From Anaeramoeba ignava BMAN (taxonomy: Eukaryota; Protista; Anaeramoebae), in contig JAPDFW010000077.1 in the NCBI GenBank assembly GCA_028826165.1, forward strand, positions 62,001 to 126,000: 64,000 nt of DNA, written 5' to 3'. Position numbers and translations under genes: made by a program. How positions within the stretch are numbered: the stretch's first letter is position 1; every line of letters starts with the position of its first letter. The notes beneath the pieces were generated by a model. That model ran no database searches and was not told where the DNA came from. It worked only from the letters and a program-made list of their open reading frames with translations. Positions 45,346 through 57,753 of this stretch are shown one piece after another.

Positions 45346-45483
45346 TTTATATTTAAATTTAAAAAGGAGAAAAAAGGAGATGATCATTTAATCAAATTTA
45401 TAAAAAGGGAGAATTAATTTTTTTTTTTGTTTTTTTTTTTTTAATTAAATTTTTTTATTACAACTAAAACCCCCTAAAAAAAA

Positions 45484-45577
45484 CTTTACTTGTTTAAAAT
45501 ATTAACATAGATTGTTTATTTAAAAAAAAACTTTACTTGTTTAAAACATTAACATAGATTGTTTATTTAAAAAAAAA
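45484..45577. repeat. 47-bp direct duplication upstream of the PAS-GAF gene
   Basis: 'ctttacttgtttaaaa(t/c)attaacatagattgtttatttaaaaaaaaa' at 45484 and 45531. Confidence 0.85.
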
Positions 45578-45678
45578 AATAAATGATCAAATAAAAGAAA
45601 AAAGAAAAAAGAAAAAAAAAATTAAAAATAAAAAATACAAATCATTTTTTTTTATTTTTCAAAAACAAAAAATATAAA

Positions 45679-46608
45679 ATGGGCACATCAGAAAGTAAAG
45701 AAATGTTTAATGCGGTTTCAAACACCTCCTCAAAAACAAAGAAAAAGTTTTTGCAATCTGTAGCAAATCATTCTGACGCAATTGCATTGATAGATTCAAC
45801 AGGAAATTATGTAGGATTCAATAAAGCTTATTATCTTTTATTCGAATTTGAAAACGAAGACATTGCTTCAGTTACTTTAAGAAACTTACTTACTTTTAGT
45901 GACAACGAACAACCTGACAAACAAGAAGTTACACTTGAAGCTTTAAAATTTAAAACAGGTCAAGCTTTATCAAAAGGAGAATGGAATTTTATTTGGAGAT
46001 ATCAAACGTTATTAAGAAAAGTCGTTGAAGTTTTTGTTTGGATTCATCCAGTTCGTCTGAAGGACTCACTTTTCTTCCAAGTTACACTTCGTCCAAAAGA
46101 TTCCGAATTTTCCGTTAAAAAAGTGGATGACAGCATGACAACTTCTGACATTTCAGCCAGAGAAATTGGTGACTTTTGTCTTGAAGAAGCCGTCAGGATT
46201 ACTAATTCTGACCTTGGTTATCTCGCTTTTGTCAATAAGGAACAAAACCAATTGACAATGTTCGGTTGGTCCCAAACAGCAATGCAAACATGCAAGGCAA
46301 TCAAAAAACCCTTGGTTTATAAACTGGAAGAAACTGGACTTTGGGGTGAAGCTATTCGTCAGCGAAAACCGGTTATTACTAATGATTACTCTAAACCTAA
46401 TCCTTATAAAAGAGGAACGCCAGATGGTCATGTCACTGTCAAAAGACATATGAATCTCCCTATTTTCGATGACGTTGACAAGAAGAGAATCGTTCTTGTC
46501 GTTGGCGTTGGCAATAAAGTCGAAGAATATGGTCCAGAAGATGTAAAGAAATTGGAGGATTTAATGGGAAAAATGTGGAAAATTTTCAAGAAGAAATATA
46601 AGTTATAA
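45679..46608 (+). CDS. Intronless protein with N-myristoylation motif, PAS-like domain and GAF domain (309 aa)
   Basis: MGTSESK start; PAS-like DAIALIDSTGNYVGFNKAYYLLF; GAF FCLEEAVRITNSDLGYLAFV...GLWGEAIRQRKPVITNDY...GHVTVKRHMNLPIF...VVGVGNK. Confidence 0.85.
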   Translation: MGTSESKEMFNAVSNTSSKTKKKFLQSVANHSDAIALIDSTGNYVGFNKAYYLLFEFENEDIASVTLRNLLTFSDNEQPDKQEVTLEALKFKTGQALSKGEWNFIWRYQTLLRKVVEVFVWIHPVRLKDSLFFQVTLRPKDSEFSVKKVDDSMTTSDISAREIGDFCLEEAVRITNSDLGYLAFVNKEQNQLTMFGWSQTAMQTCKAIKKPLVYKLEETGLWGEAIRQRKPVITNDYSKPNPYKRGTPDGHVTVKRHMNLPIFDDVDKKRIVLVVGVGNKVEEYGPEDVKKLEDLMGKMWKIFKKKYKL

Positions 46609-46831
46609 TTTGATTGATTGATTGATTGATTGCCAAAAAAAAAAAATTTGATCTTTTCTCAATTTTTTTTTTTCTTCTCATTTTCAAAAAAAAAAAGAAA
46701 TATTTTGGGTTAATAAAGTCATTTGTTTTTCCCAAACCCTTTTTAAACAAAAATTTTTTATTTTTCATTTTTTCATTTTTTTTCATTTTTTTTTTATTAA
46801 ACAAAATAATATAAAATTTTTTTTTTTTAAA

Positions 46832-49727
46832 ATGAAAAACGAAGAAGATAATTCACCTCAAGTTAAATTATTTAAATCTAAAGAAACTCCAGAATGGAAA
46901 GAAGTTGGAGTTGGAATTTTATTACCAAAATATGATAATAAAACAAAACAATTACGATTTGTTATTGAAATAGAAAAGAAAATAGAAAATAATTCAGAAA
47001 ATAGTTTAGAAAATAATTTAGAAAAGAAAATAGAAAATGAATTAGAAAATAATTTAGAAAATAATTTAGAAAAGAAAATAGAAAATAATTTAGAAAATAA
47101 TTCAAAAAATAATTTAGAAAAGAAAATAGAAAATAATTCAGAAAATAATTCAAAAAATAATTCAAAAAATAATTTAGAAAATAATTCAGAAAATGAATTA
47201 GAAAATAATTCAAAAAATAATTTAAATAATAATTCAAAAAATAATTTAGAAAATAATTCAAATAATTCAGAAAATAAAATTATCGATCTTTTTATTAATC
47301 TTGAAAATAATTACGAAATTGAACAAGAAACTATTATAATTTGGAAAGAAAAAGATGAAACAAAATTTGCACTTAGTTTTGATTCTATTCAAAATTGTAG
47401 AGAAATTTTTAAATTATTATATCAATTTAAAAACAGAAATTTCTCAGAAGATATTGACATTGATTGGGATAAAATGACATTTAATCCAGACTATGACACA
47501 AATTTGTTAGATAAAATTGAAAATGATAATATCAATGTTGATGTTGATGTCGATCCAAAAAATTCTTTTATTGGAATGACAATGGAAATTGATGACATTC
47601 TTCCTGATTTAAATGAACAGACTTTATTAAAAGTTGATTCTTGTTTAGAAACTCAAAATTTTTTTATCCGAAAGAAAATTTGTCAAGAAATGATAACAAA
47701 AGTAATATTGACATTTGTTTTAAAAAATACTTTGTATTTATTCTTCATCATAATAATAACAATAATAGAATTATCTTGATAAATTGTTTCAACTTTTTGA
47801 AAATACAGAAAAAGAAAGAGAAAAAAAAAAAGAAAAAAATATTGCTAATCGCAAAAACAACATACATTCAAAACCAATAATAAAAAATGCACACGAACAA
47901 AAAATAGAAGATCAACAATTACAACTTTTATTCCGAATCACGAAGAAAATTGTCAGTTTCAACGATCTTGAATCACTAGAAAATATAATCAACGAAAAAA
48001 ATATAATGAAAACAATTGGAATATTTGAATACGATCCCGAAATGAAAAGAAGCCGAAGAAATATAGAGAAATGGGATATAAATATTGAAAAAGCAATCAA
48101 AAATCTAGAAAAAGCAAATATAAATGGAGAAGAAAGAAATGCACAAGATTTAAATATAAATATGAACAACAGGATAGATTTTGAAGAAAAAAGATACATA
48201 AACCCAAATTCAAACCCAAATATTACGGATCAAAAAAATATCCAAAATTCACACAGATTATTTTTAAACAAAATTTGCAAATTCCATGAAGTGATTCGCA
48301 TGGAAGAGTATTTGTTGGATAAGATCCATTATACTTATCGCTTGCAATACGTTCGCGATGTTGTTCTTGCAAGCATTTTGGATCCAGTTTCATCGCAAAG
48401 AATCACACAAATTATCATGGAAAACTACAGAGAAATCTTCAACGATTTGATTGAAAAAAACAATTTGTTTGAATTGCTAAATAAGGAATACAACAAAGAG
48501 CCAAAAAACCAGCAAACACAGAAAAAGGTGATCCAATTACTCAACGAAATGAGCATCATTATGCACCACATTGTTTATTCATCGATAATGCAGATATCCT
48601 CGTTTAATCGGACGCAGGAATTGCTTGTTTTGCTGGTTCAAGCGCTTGATAACGAGGATGTTGGGATCCAAATCATGTCTTTGGAAATTATCAACCGATT
48701 AGTTCTTCACAACACTGTTCATATCAGGATGTTTTCAGTCGGAGAAATACAACGCAATGAAAAATACTCCTTTTTTCAAGCGCTTGTGAAATTAATCGCA
48801 AATCAAGACGATTCAAATCGCACAAAATTTCCTGCGTTTGATATACTAATGGATCTACTTAACACAACAACAATAAATAGCCAAATTGACCAAGAAAATT
48901 TACTGCAAGTGTTTTACGGGAATTTTATGGAGGATTTAGTGGAACAAACACTTGGTTTATCGTCAAAAATTTGCTCAGAAAAAAAAACACTTGAAACATC
49001 AAAAGCAGAAATTGTTGTTCGTGTTTGTGAATTTCTTTCTTTCTGCATTTTCCATCATGGATTCCGCATTAAAAACTTCCTGATTCGCTCAGATATCGCC
49101 TTGAAATTGCTCCCCTTTTTGCTGTTTGGAACCTCCTTTTTGCGAGTTTCCATTGTCAAGTTTTTCAAGAACTATCTTGTTATTGAAGATAAAATCTTCA
49201 TCAAAAACACAATCCAAATCCATTTTTTCAAGTATTTATTCGAAATTTTTGAATCAATTCATATGAAAAACAATCTTCTTGTTTCCTCAATTTTAGAACT
49301 TTTTAGCATGATTTACCAACTGAATATTTCTGACATTGTTTCCCATATTGCCACTTCTTTTCCTTCTTTTTTTTCCAAATTCTCTTCATCTTTTCCTGTT
49401 TTCCAAAAAATTCTCAACCGTTTTTCTGAAAATCAACTTAAACAATCCCAATTTGAAAATGATATTCAAGATGATAATGCTGTTGATTTTTTTGATCATG
49501 AAAATGATTTGAATTGGTCAAAAAAAGAGACATTTTTAGAAAAAAGAAGAAGGATTGAAGAAGATGAAAGATTAGAAGAAGATTATTTTAATGATGATGA
49601 TGATGATTTTGAAAATTTAAATCAAAATAAAAATCAAAATTTAAATGAAAATCAAAATTTAAATCAAAATTTAAATCAAAATGAAAATGAAAATGTTTCA
49701 CTTTCAAGAAAACATAAAATAGATTAA
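46832..49727 (+). CDS. PPP4R3: Protein phosphatase 4 regulatory subunit 3 (SMEK/Psy2-like); exons 46832..47701 and 47769..49727
   Basis: EVH1-like N-terminus (WKEVGVG, QETIIIWKE, FALSF); SMK-1 motif KIHYTYRLQYVRDVVLA; CEFLSFCIFHHGFRIKNF. A 67-nt phase-0 intron gives ITK|NYLDKLFQLFE. Confidence 0.9.
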
Positions 49728-49793
49728 AATTAAAATTAAAATAAAAATAATAAAAATAAAAATTGTTTTTATTTTATTTTTAAAAAAGAAAAT

Positions 49794-52097
49794 CTAATTA
49801 TTCTTTTTTTGAATTTCAATTTTTTTGTTCAATAATGTTTGATATTGAAGTTGAAGATCAGTTTGCAATTGTTTTTGATAAGAAAGTTCTTCAAAAATTT
49901 TGGTTTTTCTTGAAACTAAACTTTTTTGTTCAACAGAAAATAAATTTTCAAGAATATCTTTTTCCAAAATAGATTTTTGAAGTTTATTATGAAGATCTTG
50001 AAGTTCATAAATAATCTTTTCCATTCTTGAATAATATCCTTTTGTTAAAATTTGAATTTTTGCTTGTTTTTTCAAAAGATATTTTTCTTTATCAAGATAA
50101 AACTTGCGAAGAAGTTCAAATTCTTGTTTTAAAGCTTGAATTTGGTCAATAAGAGAAGCTTGAGAAAAACTAGAGAATTTTTTAAGTGAAGGAAGAAAAA
50201 CAAAATCGGATAAAATTTGATCGAATAAATCGAAGAAATGATTTGGATCAAGAACTTGAGTTTCTTTTTGGATTTCAACTTGAGCTTGTTGGATTTTTTC
50301 TGGATCGAAAACGGAATTTGGATCAAAAACGAAATTCGGGACAATTTCATTTGAAGGAGAAGGGAAGTTTTTTTGCTCGTATTGAATCAAGTGATGAAGA
50401 GAATGATTTATGGTTTTGTTTTGAGAATAGATTGATTTAATATGAGGATTAGGGAATCTAGGTCTTGGAAGGTTTTTTTTGAGAACAGAAGAGCGGTTAT
50501 GAAGAAGAAGGTTTTTTTTGTTTTGTGTTTTAAGTTGATTTCTGAGTTGGACATCTCTCGCATCTTCAATAAATGCGGAAGTGTAGTTGAATTTTTCTTC
50601 ATTTAAATTTTGATTTTCTTCATTTTTATTTTCTTCAGAAATATCAGGAAGTATAATTGAAATCTCATTCACTGGTTGAGGCAAATTCTTCAAGCTATTG
50701 CGCAACTCAAATCGGATATTATCCACATTTTGCGGATCCAAAGAAGAAAAAGGAAGTTGAGAATTTGGATTTGGATTTAAATTCGAATCCAAAGAATTAA
50801 AAGCGGGAGAGCGATAAGGGGTTTGATTAGCAAGTGAAGAAACAAGAACATTTGGGGTTTGTAACGGATTTGATTTCGGAAGAACGCCAGTAAAATCGGA
50901 GGAATGAAGAGGAGCATTTGAACCGCCAAGAAGAGGCGTTTGAGCGTTTGTTAGCGCAATAATGTTTTCTGCTTCGGTTCGCAAGATGTCTTCAACAAGC
51001 GGCGTTTTTGCGGAATTGAGAGGAAAAAGTGGTGTTCTTTGTGCGGATTGCACATCAGGAGTCTGCGCAAAAACAGAGAGAAGCGCGCTAGTTGTTGCTT
51101 GCTTTTCTGATGACATGTCCCCATTTTCCGTTAAATTACTGATGATTTTTTTGTTTGTCAACTTCGCAATTTGCTCAAGATTTTCATCGTTGATTTGCGC
51201 TTCAGGAATACTGAATTTGGTTCTTTTTCGTAGTAAACTTTTTCTGCTTTCGTTTTGCAGCATCTGCGCAATTTGCTCGCTTGATTGACGCTGCACAGTT
51301 TCTTCCGTTGGATCTTTTTTAACTTCTCTTTTTTCCCTTTTTCTTCCATCGAGCTCATCAAGACTTTTCCCAATAAAATCCGTCTTGTTTGCTTTGCGCT
51401 CTTCTTCGGATGTTTCATAAAGCCCCGAAGGAACTTGTCTTTCAAAAGGAATTTCAACTGAATAATTCATTGGAAGTCTTTTGCGATTTTTTTTGCGAAT
51501 TTTTTGCTGAAGCACGACACCTGCCATTTTGAGTTCTCGACGTTTCTGAAGAACAGCCAATCTTCTTGCCTCTTCTAATTGCTTCTCTCGCGCTTTTCTT
51601 TTGGCTTTCTTTCCTTTTGTGTTTGCAAGTCTTGCCCGAGCTTCACTTAGCATTTCAATCTCATCTTCATCCATATCAATCGGATCCGGTCGAGCAGGTC
51701 GTGTTTCTGTGTTGAGATCATATTCCCCAGTTCGCAGCCTTCTTGGGTCATTCTGATCCTCTATTGTCTCCCTTCCTTGCGCTGCATCTAGTAAATACTC
51801 ATAATGCTCAATGCACTGCGCTGCTGTTCTTCCCACTATGGGTGCTATTGTTCGCCACTGTGTTGGCATGATTTTCACTAAATGAAGCAGTTTCTCTTCT
51901 TCTTCTCGTGTCCATTCAATCTTCTTTACTGAAGGATCAAGCCATTCGTACCATCGTGCTTTGCATTGTTTCGCACTTTTTCGTACTAATAGTGATGAAA
52001 TTCTTGCCCATTGATTCTTTCCATATTTCATTACTGCTGCTTTTAATATTTCATCTTCTGTATTTCTCCAAATTCCTCCTTTAATAAATATTCTCAT
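49794..52097 (-). CDS. CDC5L: Pre-mRNA splicing factor CDC5L/Cef1 (Myb repeats), intronless
   Basis: MRIFIKGGIWRNTEDEILKAAVMKYGKNQWARISSLL...RWYEWLDP; RPARPDPIDMDEDEIEMLSEARARLANTKGKKAKRKAREKQLEEARRLA. Confidence 0.97.
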   Translation of the reverse strand: MRIFIKGGIWRNTEDEILKAAVMKYGKNQWARISSLLVRKSAKQCKARWYEWLDPSVKKIEWTREEEEKLLHLVKIMPTQWRTIAPIVGRTAAQCIEHYEYLLDAAQGRETIEDQNDPRRLRTGEYDLNTETRPARPDPIDMDEDEIEMLSEARARLANTKGKKAKRKAREKQLEEARRLAVLQKRRELKMAGVVLQQKIRKKNRKRLPMNYSVEIPFERQVPSGLYETSEEERKANKTDFIGKSLDELDGRKREKREVKKDPTEETVQRQSSEQIAQMLQNESRKSLLRKRTKFSIPEAQINDENLEQIAKLTNKKIISNLTENGDMSSEKQATTSALLSVFAQTPDVQSAQRTPLFPLNSAKTPLVEDILRTEAENIIALTNAQTPLLGGSNAPLHSSDFTGVLPKSNPLQTPNVLVSSLANQTPYRSPAFNSLDSNLNPNPNSQLPFSSLDPQNVDNIRFELRNSLKNLPQPVNEISIILPDISEENKNEENQNLNEEKFNYTSAFIEDARDVQLRNQLKTQNKKNLLLHNRSSVLKKNLPRPRFPNPHIKSIYSQNKTINHSLHHLIQYEQKNFPSPSNEIVPNFVFDPNSVFDPEKIQQAQVEIQKETQVLDPNHFFDLFDQILSDFVFLPSLKKFSSFSQASLIDQIQALKQEFELLRKFYLDKEKYLLKKQAKIQILTKGYYSRMEKIIYELQDLHNKLQKSILEKDILENLFSVEQKSLVSRKTKIFEELSYQKQLQTDLQLQYQTLLNKKIEIQKKNN

Positions 52098-52352
52098 TTG
52101 TTAAGAAAAATTGAAAAAAAAAATGAAAAAAAATTTTTTAACAAGAAATTTTGGAAAATCGGATAATTTTTTTTTTAAAACATGACATCAATTTTTTTTA
52201 ATTAATTAAATAAATAAATAAATAAATAAAAAATATTTAGATAATGTTTAAAAATTCGAACATTTTTTTTTTATTAATTATGTTATTAAAGATTTTAAAA
52301 AAAAAAAAGTAAAAAAGTAAAAAAAAAAACTTTTGTAATTTTGTTTTATCAT

Positions 52353-54222
52353 TTAAATGTTCTTCTCATAAATTGTTTCAATAACATTTTCTCGATAAGA
52401 AATCCATCTTTTTTTAAAATCTCCTGATTTTGATGAAATTCTTTCACCTAAACAAGCTTTTTTTTTTTTTTAAAAATTTAATTTTAATTAATAAAAAATT
52501 TTAAATTTTAAAAATTTTAAATTCTACCTTTTGTAAGAATAAAATCAGTGACTTCATCTTTTGATAAAGGTTCAATAGGAACTTTTGGTTTAAATTCCGA
52601 AATTCCTTCTTTTCTCATTACTCCAATTCTTTTAATTTTTAAATTTAAATTAAATTTAAATTAAATTAAATTAAATTAAATTAAATTAAATAGATTTACT
52701 GATATTTTGTTTCTTTTTCAATTTTAATTGGTCTAACAGCAATTACAATATCTATTTAATTTGATAAATTTTGTTTTTATAAATTTTGTTTTTATAAATT
52801 TTTAAATTATTTATTTTTACGGTTTTGTTTTGATGTAAAAAGTGATCGATCAAATTTTGCATTTCCTTCAAGAAAAGCAATAAGAATCACATCATTTCCA
52901 ATAAACCTTTTTTTTTCAACCTTATTTTTAAATTTTTAATTTTTTAATTTTTTTAAATTTTTAATTTTTAAATTTTTAATTTGAAAAAATTTTCTGGTTT
53001 CATTTACTTGTTGTTTATCTTTAGTTGTTGGAAGTAACGTAGAAACATGAAACATAATTTCAAAACCTCTCCAATTATTATATATTGATCTTTGTCCTGA
53101 TGTACAATCTAAATTGAAAAAATTTTTAAAATAAATTTGATTTTTGAATTTTATATTTTATATTTTATTCACCAATAATATCAAGTCCTCCTGAATATTG
53201 TGAAAAATCTTTTAAATCAACATAATTTCCAAGTAATTGAATAAATTGATTAAATTCTTCACTTCCTTTTTCTAAAATTTCATGTTAATTGAAAAAAAAA
53301 ACATTTCGAAAATTTTTTAAATATTTTTACCATTTTGTAAATAATCATCTTCACTTTCTTGTCCTTGTTTAATATATATAACTCCAAATTTATATTGCTT
53401 AATATTCTATCAAAAAAAAAATTTAAAAAATTCATTTAAAAATTTTAAAAATTCATTTAAAAATTTTTTTGAAATACTTGATATTCTTCCATTTTTAATA
53501 AATCTTCCTCATCTTCTTCTTCCCAAGCAACATCGGAGACTTCAACATTAACTAAATCAGGTTCAATTTTTCCAATAACTTTTGATATTGCAGGTCCCAT
53601 ACAAAATAAATTTCTTAAAAGAGATTTTCCAATATCAGATTTTTTAAGCATTTTAATTCTTGTTTCGTCTTTTAAACATAAATATATAATAAATTGTGAA
53701 TTTTTTGAATCTTCTGTGATCAATAATAACGAATTTCCTCTTTTTGGATAAGTAAAAACAAAAGAATAATATTCTGAACAAAAATCAATTAAATACAAAT
53801 AGAAATAAAAATAATTAATCAACTAATTAATTGATTGATCGGAAAATCTTTTTCTCTTCAAATAACAAACCTTTTTGATAGAAAAGTTCTCTAAATTTTG
53901 TATCATTTTTAATTTCTTCATTTTCATTTGATTTTTCATTTGAATTTTCTTCTATTATCCAATTTTCATTTTCTTTAAACATTTCTTTTGGATTTTCATT
54001 TAAATCTTCATTTGAATTTTGATTTGAATTTTCATTTAAATTTTCATTTAAATTAATTTGGATTTCATTTAGATTTTCGTTTGAATTTTCATTTGAATTT
54101 TCATTTAAATTTTCATTTGAATTTTCATTTGAATTTTCATTTGAATTTTCATTTGAATTAATTTGAATTTCATTTAAATTTTCATTTGAATTTTGATTTG
54201 AATTTTCTTCTGTTGACGCCAT
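52353..54222 (-). CDS. Rap/Ran-GAP domain protein, multi-exon
   Basis: Exons translate to YKFGVIYIKQGQESEDD, GSEEFNQFIQLLG, YSGGLDI, FEIMFHVSTLLP and EKKRFIGNDV (catalytic Asn); first intron ~53870..53775. Confidence 0.88.
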
Positions 54223-54399
54223 TTAAAAAAACAAAAAATTAAAAAAAGAAAAAAATGAAAAAAAAAATTCAAGAAAAAATTTTTTTTTTGTTTTGATCTT
54301 TTTTCTTTTTTCTTTTTTTTAATCAAAATTACTCATTTTTTTTTTTAAAAAATAATTTGTTTTTGTTTTTGTTTTTGTTTGAAATTTTAATTGGAAATT

Positions 54400-56982
54400 T
54401 TAAAGATTTAATTGTTTTTCAAGAAAATCATAAACTGAATCAATTTTTCCATCTTTTGCAGAAATAGAAACCCATTGATTAAAAAATTTTGCTTTATCAA
54501 AATTAAAACTTTTTTGATTCTGAATAATTTTATCAGTTTTTGAATCTTTAATTCTATTGAATTCAACTTGAATAATTTGTTTTAATTTAGAAGGAGAATA
54601 AGAAGTATATAAATCCGATTTATTGCAGGCAAAAAGAAACGGAATTGGGGACATGTTCATTTTTGGATCGGTGAATATTTGATATATAAATTCTGCTGTC
54701 GAGGTTATTGTTTCTAGTTGTGTGTCTGAAGAATCTAATACGAAAATAATCGCGTCTAAAATGGGATAAAATTGATCTAGTTTCCCCCGAAGTCTTGCAT
54801 GTCCTGGCCAGTCTAGTAAATGTACTTCCTTGTTTTTTTCCGATTCTTTCTCATCTTTGTTTTTCTTTTTTAGTTTGATTGTTCTTGTTTCGTTTTCTTT
54901 CATTGATGATTGTGTTTCTACAAAAATTCCATCTTTAAGCTTTTTATAAATAATTTTATAAATAATTTTATAAATAATTTTATAAATAATTTTATAAATA
55001 ATTTTATAAATAATTTTATATATAATTTTATAAATAATTTTATATTTAATTTTATAAATAATTTTATAAATAATTTTATAAATAATTTTATATTAATTTT
55101 ATAAATAATTTTATAAATAATTTTATAATTAATTTTATAAATAATTTTATAATTAATTTTATAAATAATTTTATAATTAATTTTATATATAATTTTATAT
55201 TTAATTTTATAAATAATTTTATAAATAATTTTATAAATAATTTTATAAATAATTTTATAAATAATTTTATAAATAATTTTATAAATAATTTTATAAATAA
55301 TTTTATTAATTTTATAAATAATTTTATAAATAATTTTATAATTAATTTTATAAATAATTTTATAAATAATTTTATAAATAATTTTATAAATAATTTTATA
55401 AATATTTTAATTTTATAAATAATTTTATAAATAATTTTATAAATAATTTTATAATTAATTTTATATAATTTTATAAATAATTTTATAATTAATTTTATAT
55501 TTAATTTTATAAATAATTTTTTATAATTTAAATAATAATTATATTTAATTTTATAATTAATTTTATAAATAATTTTATAAATAATTTTATAATAATTTTA
55601 TAAATAATTTTATAAATAATTTTATAAATAATTTTATAAATAATTTTATTAATAATTTTATAAATAATTTTATAAATAATTTTATAATTAATTTTATATT
55701 TAATTTATATTTAATTTTAATTTAATTTTATAAATAATTTTATAATTAATTTTATAATTAATTTTATAATTAATTTTATAATTAATTTTATAATTAATTT
55801 TATTAATAATTTTATAAATAATTTTATAAATAATTTTTATATAATTTTATAAATAATTTTATATAATTTTTATAATTAATTTTATTAATAATTTTTATTA
55901 ATAATTTTATAAATAATTTTATAAATAATTTTATAAATAATTTTATAAATAATTTTATAAATAATTTTATAAATAATTTTATAAATAATTTTATATTTAA
56001 TTTTATTAATAATTTTATATATAATTTTATAAATAATTTTATAAATAATTTATATTTAATTTTATAAATAAATTTATATTTAATTTTATAAATTAATTTT
56101 ATAAATAATTTTATAAATAATTTTATATTTAATTTTATATTTAATTTTATATTTAATTTTATATTTAATTTTATATTTAATTTTATAAATAATTTTATAA
56201 ATAATTTTATAAATAATTTTATAAATAATTTTATAAATAATTTTATAAATAATTTTATATTAATTTTATAATTTAATTTTATTAATTTTATAAATAATTT
56301 TATAAATAATTTTATATTTAATTTTATAATATAATAAATAATTTTATAATTTTATAAATAATTTTATAAATAATTTTATAAATAATTTTATAAATAATTT
56401 TATATTTAATTTTATAAATAATTTTATAAATAATTTTATATTTAATTTTATATTTAATTTTATATTTAATTTTATAAATAATTTTATAAATAATTTTATA
56501 AATAATTTTATAAATAATTTTATATATAATTTTATAATTAATTTTATAAATAATTTTATAATTAATTTTATAATTAATTTTATAATTAATTTAATATTTA
56601 ATTTTATATTTAATTTTTATTAATAATTTTATAAATAATTTTATAATTAATTTTATAAATAATTTTATAATTAATTTTATAATTAATTTTATAATTAATT
56701 TAATATTTAATTTTATAAATAATTTTATAAATATATAATTTTATAAATAATTTTATAAATAATTTTATATATAATTTTATAAATAATTTTATATTTAATT
56801 TTATATATAATTTCATAAATAATTTAATTTACTTGATAATATAAAACTGTTTTTCCTGCTTCACATAATCCTAAAATCATTATAGTTTTTAATTTTTTTC
56901 CTTTATGAATAAATTTCCACCAAATTATTCCAACTATTATAATTATTATTATTAAAAGAATTAAAATAAAAAGAAAAGACAT
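54400..56982 (-). CDS. SRPRB: Signal recognition particle receptor beta subunit; exon 1 56982..56833, exon 2 54939..54400
   Basis: N-terminal TM (MSFLFILILLIIIIIIVGIIWW), P-loop GLCEAGKT, DWPGHARLR, IIFVLDS, FACNKSD; phase-0 intron YYQ|LKDG. Confidence 0.9.
54940..56832. repeat. 12-bp satellite (ATAAATAATTTT)n forming the 1893-nt SRPRB intron
   Basis: Direct inspection. Confidence 0.9.
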
Positions 56983-57004
56983 TTTTTGAAAAATGAAAAA
57001 TGAA

Positions 57005-57680
57005 AAATGAAATTAAGAATATTAAATAATTAAATGTAAAATCAATTTTATTTTATATATTTTATTGACTTTTAATTATTTAAATTAATATAAAATTATT
57101 CCCAAAAATTTAATAAAATTAATAAAATATTTTAATAAATTTATTTCAAAAATTGGATCATTATGATTAAATAATTCAAAATAAAATCAATTTTATTTTA
57201 TATATTTTATTGACTTTTCATTATTTAAATTAATATAAAATTATTCCCAAAAATTTAATAAAATTAATAAAATATTTTAATAAATTTATTTGAAAAATGA
57301 AATTAAGAATATTAAATAATTAAATGTAAAATCAATTTTATTTTATATTTTTAAATTAATTTCCATTATTTAAATTAAAATTAAATTATTCCCAATTTTT
57401 TATTTAAAATTAATAAAATATTTTAATTAATTTATTTCAAAAATTGGATCATTATGATTAAATATTTTAAACATGGAATTAAATATTAAATTATATTTTT
57501 AAATTAATTTATAAATCTAATATTAAATTAAACTTATTCTCATTTTTTATATTTTTATGTTAAATATTTAAATAATAAAATATTTAAATCTAAAACATTA
57601 AATTAATATTTTAAACATGGAATTAAATATTAAATTATATTTTTAAATTAATTTATAAATCTAATATTAAATTAAATCTT
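57005..57680. repeat. ~3 copies of a ~145-bp unit, followed by ~1.5 copies of the 144-bp unit also found at 59479-60320
   Basis: 'aaattattccca' recurs at ~57093, ~57238 and ~57383; 'taataaaatatttaaatctaaaacattaaa' occurs at 57573. Confidence 0.75.
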
Positions 57681-57753
57681 TTTTCAATTTTCATTTTTTC
57701 AGTTCATTTTTTTTTAAAATTTATATTAATTTTCAATTATCTATTTATTTGGA

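Noticed and set aside
43309-45417. Three overlapping 570-700 aa F/Y/I-rich 'membrane protein' ORFs
   Set aside because: Translations of a non-coding satellite that lacks stop codons in all + frames.
45463-45477. Telomere-like 'ctaaaacccccta'
   Set aside because: Single short occurrence, not tandem.
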